Shown here: in pieces, positions 63,191-64,000 of the stretch
Layout: every line of letters starts with the position of its first letter
How positions within the stretch are numbered: position 1 is the stretch's first letter
From: Octopus bimaculoides
Taxonomy: Eukaryota
Assembly (NCBI RefSeq): GCF_001194135.2
Contig: NC_068988.1
Location: forward strand, 95,612,421-95,676,420
Direction: 5' to 3'
Length of the DNA stretch: 64,000 nucleotides
The notes under the pieces: model-generated
Told to the model about the DNA's origin: nothing
What the model saw: only the letters and a program-made list of their open reading frames with translations
The model's database searches: none
Position numbers and translations under genes: made by a program

Positions 63191-64000
63191 GTAAGCTTTT
63201 CTTTGATGGCGATAAATCACCAATAGTCGTGTCTCTTATTTTTTAATCACCAGTCGCATAACCCTATGGAAGATCATGGAACACGCACGTTGTAACCAGT
63301 GCTTGGTGCCGTTAATTACGGATCGAATGGACTTGTTCACGTTATCTATCGCTCGAGGAAAAGTTTTAAGAACTGACCACATGAATCGTGTCTACTTCAT
63401 AGTTTAACACGCACCTTTTTTTGTCGTTGATGGTTCTGTGATGTCAGACGGTTTTTTAATTGTATTCAGAAAGGTTTTTGTAATGCCTCAGAATAACAAA
63501 TGTTAATGCTTAGTTTTCGGCTATTAAATGGATGAAATCCATGTTGGGTGTTAAATATATAACTTGTATTCATTATTCAAACATTCAGTAAGATTTAGAT
63601 TAATTTTTATCGAATTTTAGCTTATATAAGAATCGTGTAATTCTTTTTGCTGAGACTTTATTTTTTCACTAATCGAAGTTTTGCTGGAAGCAGTTGATTC
63701 TACTATAAACCACTGGTACTTATTTTTCTCAAATACATGAAAGAAAAATGTATAAAGAAAACCAGTTTCCATGCTTATCACAGTTTCTGTAACAACTTAA
63801 AAAGCCATGGACGGAATTCTGGTTTTCAGCACCCCTTTTGACCTTTTATTCTCTTATTGCGACCATACTGGAGCACCGCCTTTAGTCGAAGAAATCGATC
63901 CCACGATTTATTCTTTCTAAACCTAGTACTTAGGCTATCGGTCTTTCTTGCTGAACCGCTAAGTGACGGAGATGTAGACACACCAACATCGGTTGTACTG

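Overview
AT-rich, microsatellite- and retroelement-dense animal DNA with several N gaps. The repeat content resembles an octopus/cephalopod assembly (inference, not proven). Most of the window is one minus-strand gene, CEP43/FGFR1OP. I reconstruct 16 phase-compatible GT-AG coding exons from 61024 to 4473 (1539 nt, 512 aa plus stop), including a degenerate EF-hand-like pair and a 26.6-kb intron. It lies head-to-head, 908 bp between ATGs, with an importin-alpha gene (KPNA2-like; first two coding exons in the window). The introns hold RTE LINE remnants, several tRNA-derived SINE families, mariner, hAT- and piggyBac-like elements, a Penelope-like RT fragment and two diverged minisatellites. The most notable observation is two unrelated repeat families that each carry a minimal type I hammerhead-ribozyme motif (CUGAUGA-A-stem II-GAAA-palindromic stem III) in Penelope-style inverted arrangements. 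One of them is fused to a tRNA-like Pol III head. No CRISPR array, rRNA or intact tRNA gene is supported.
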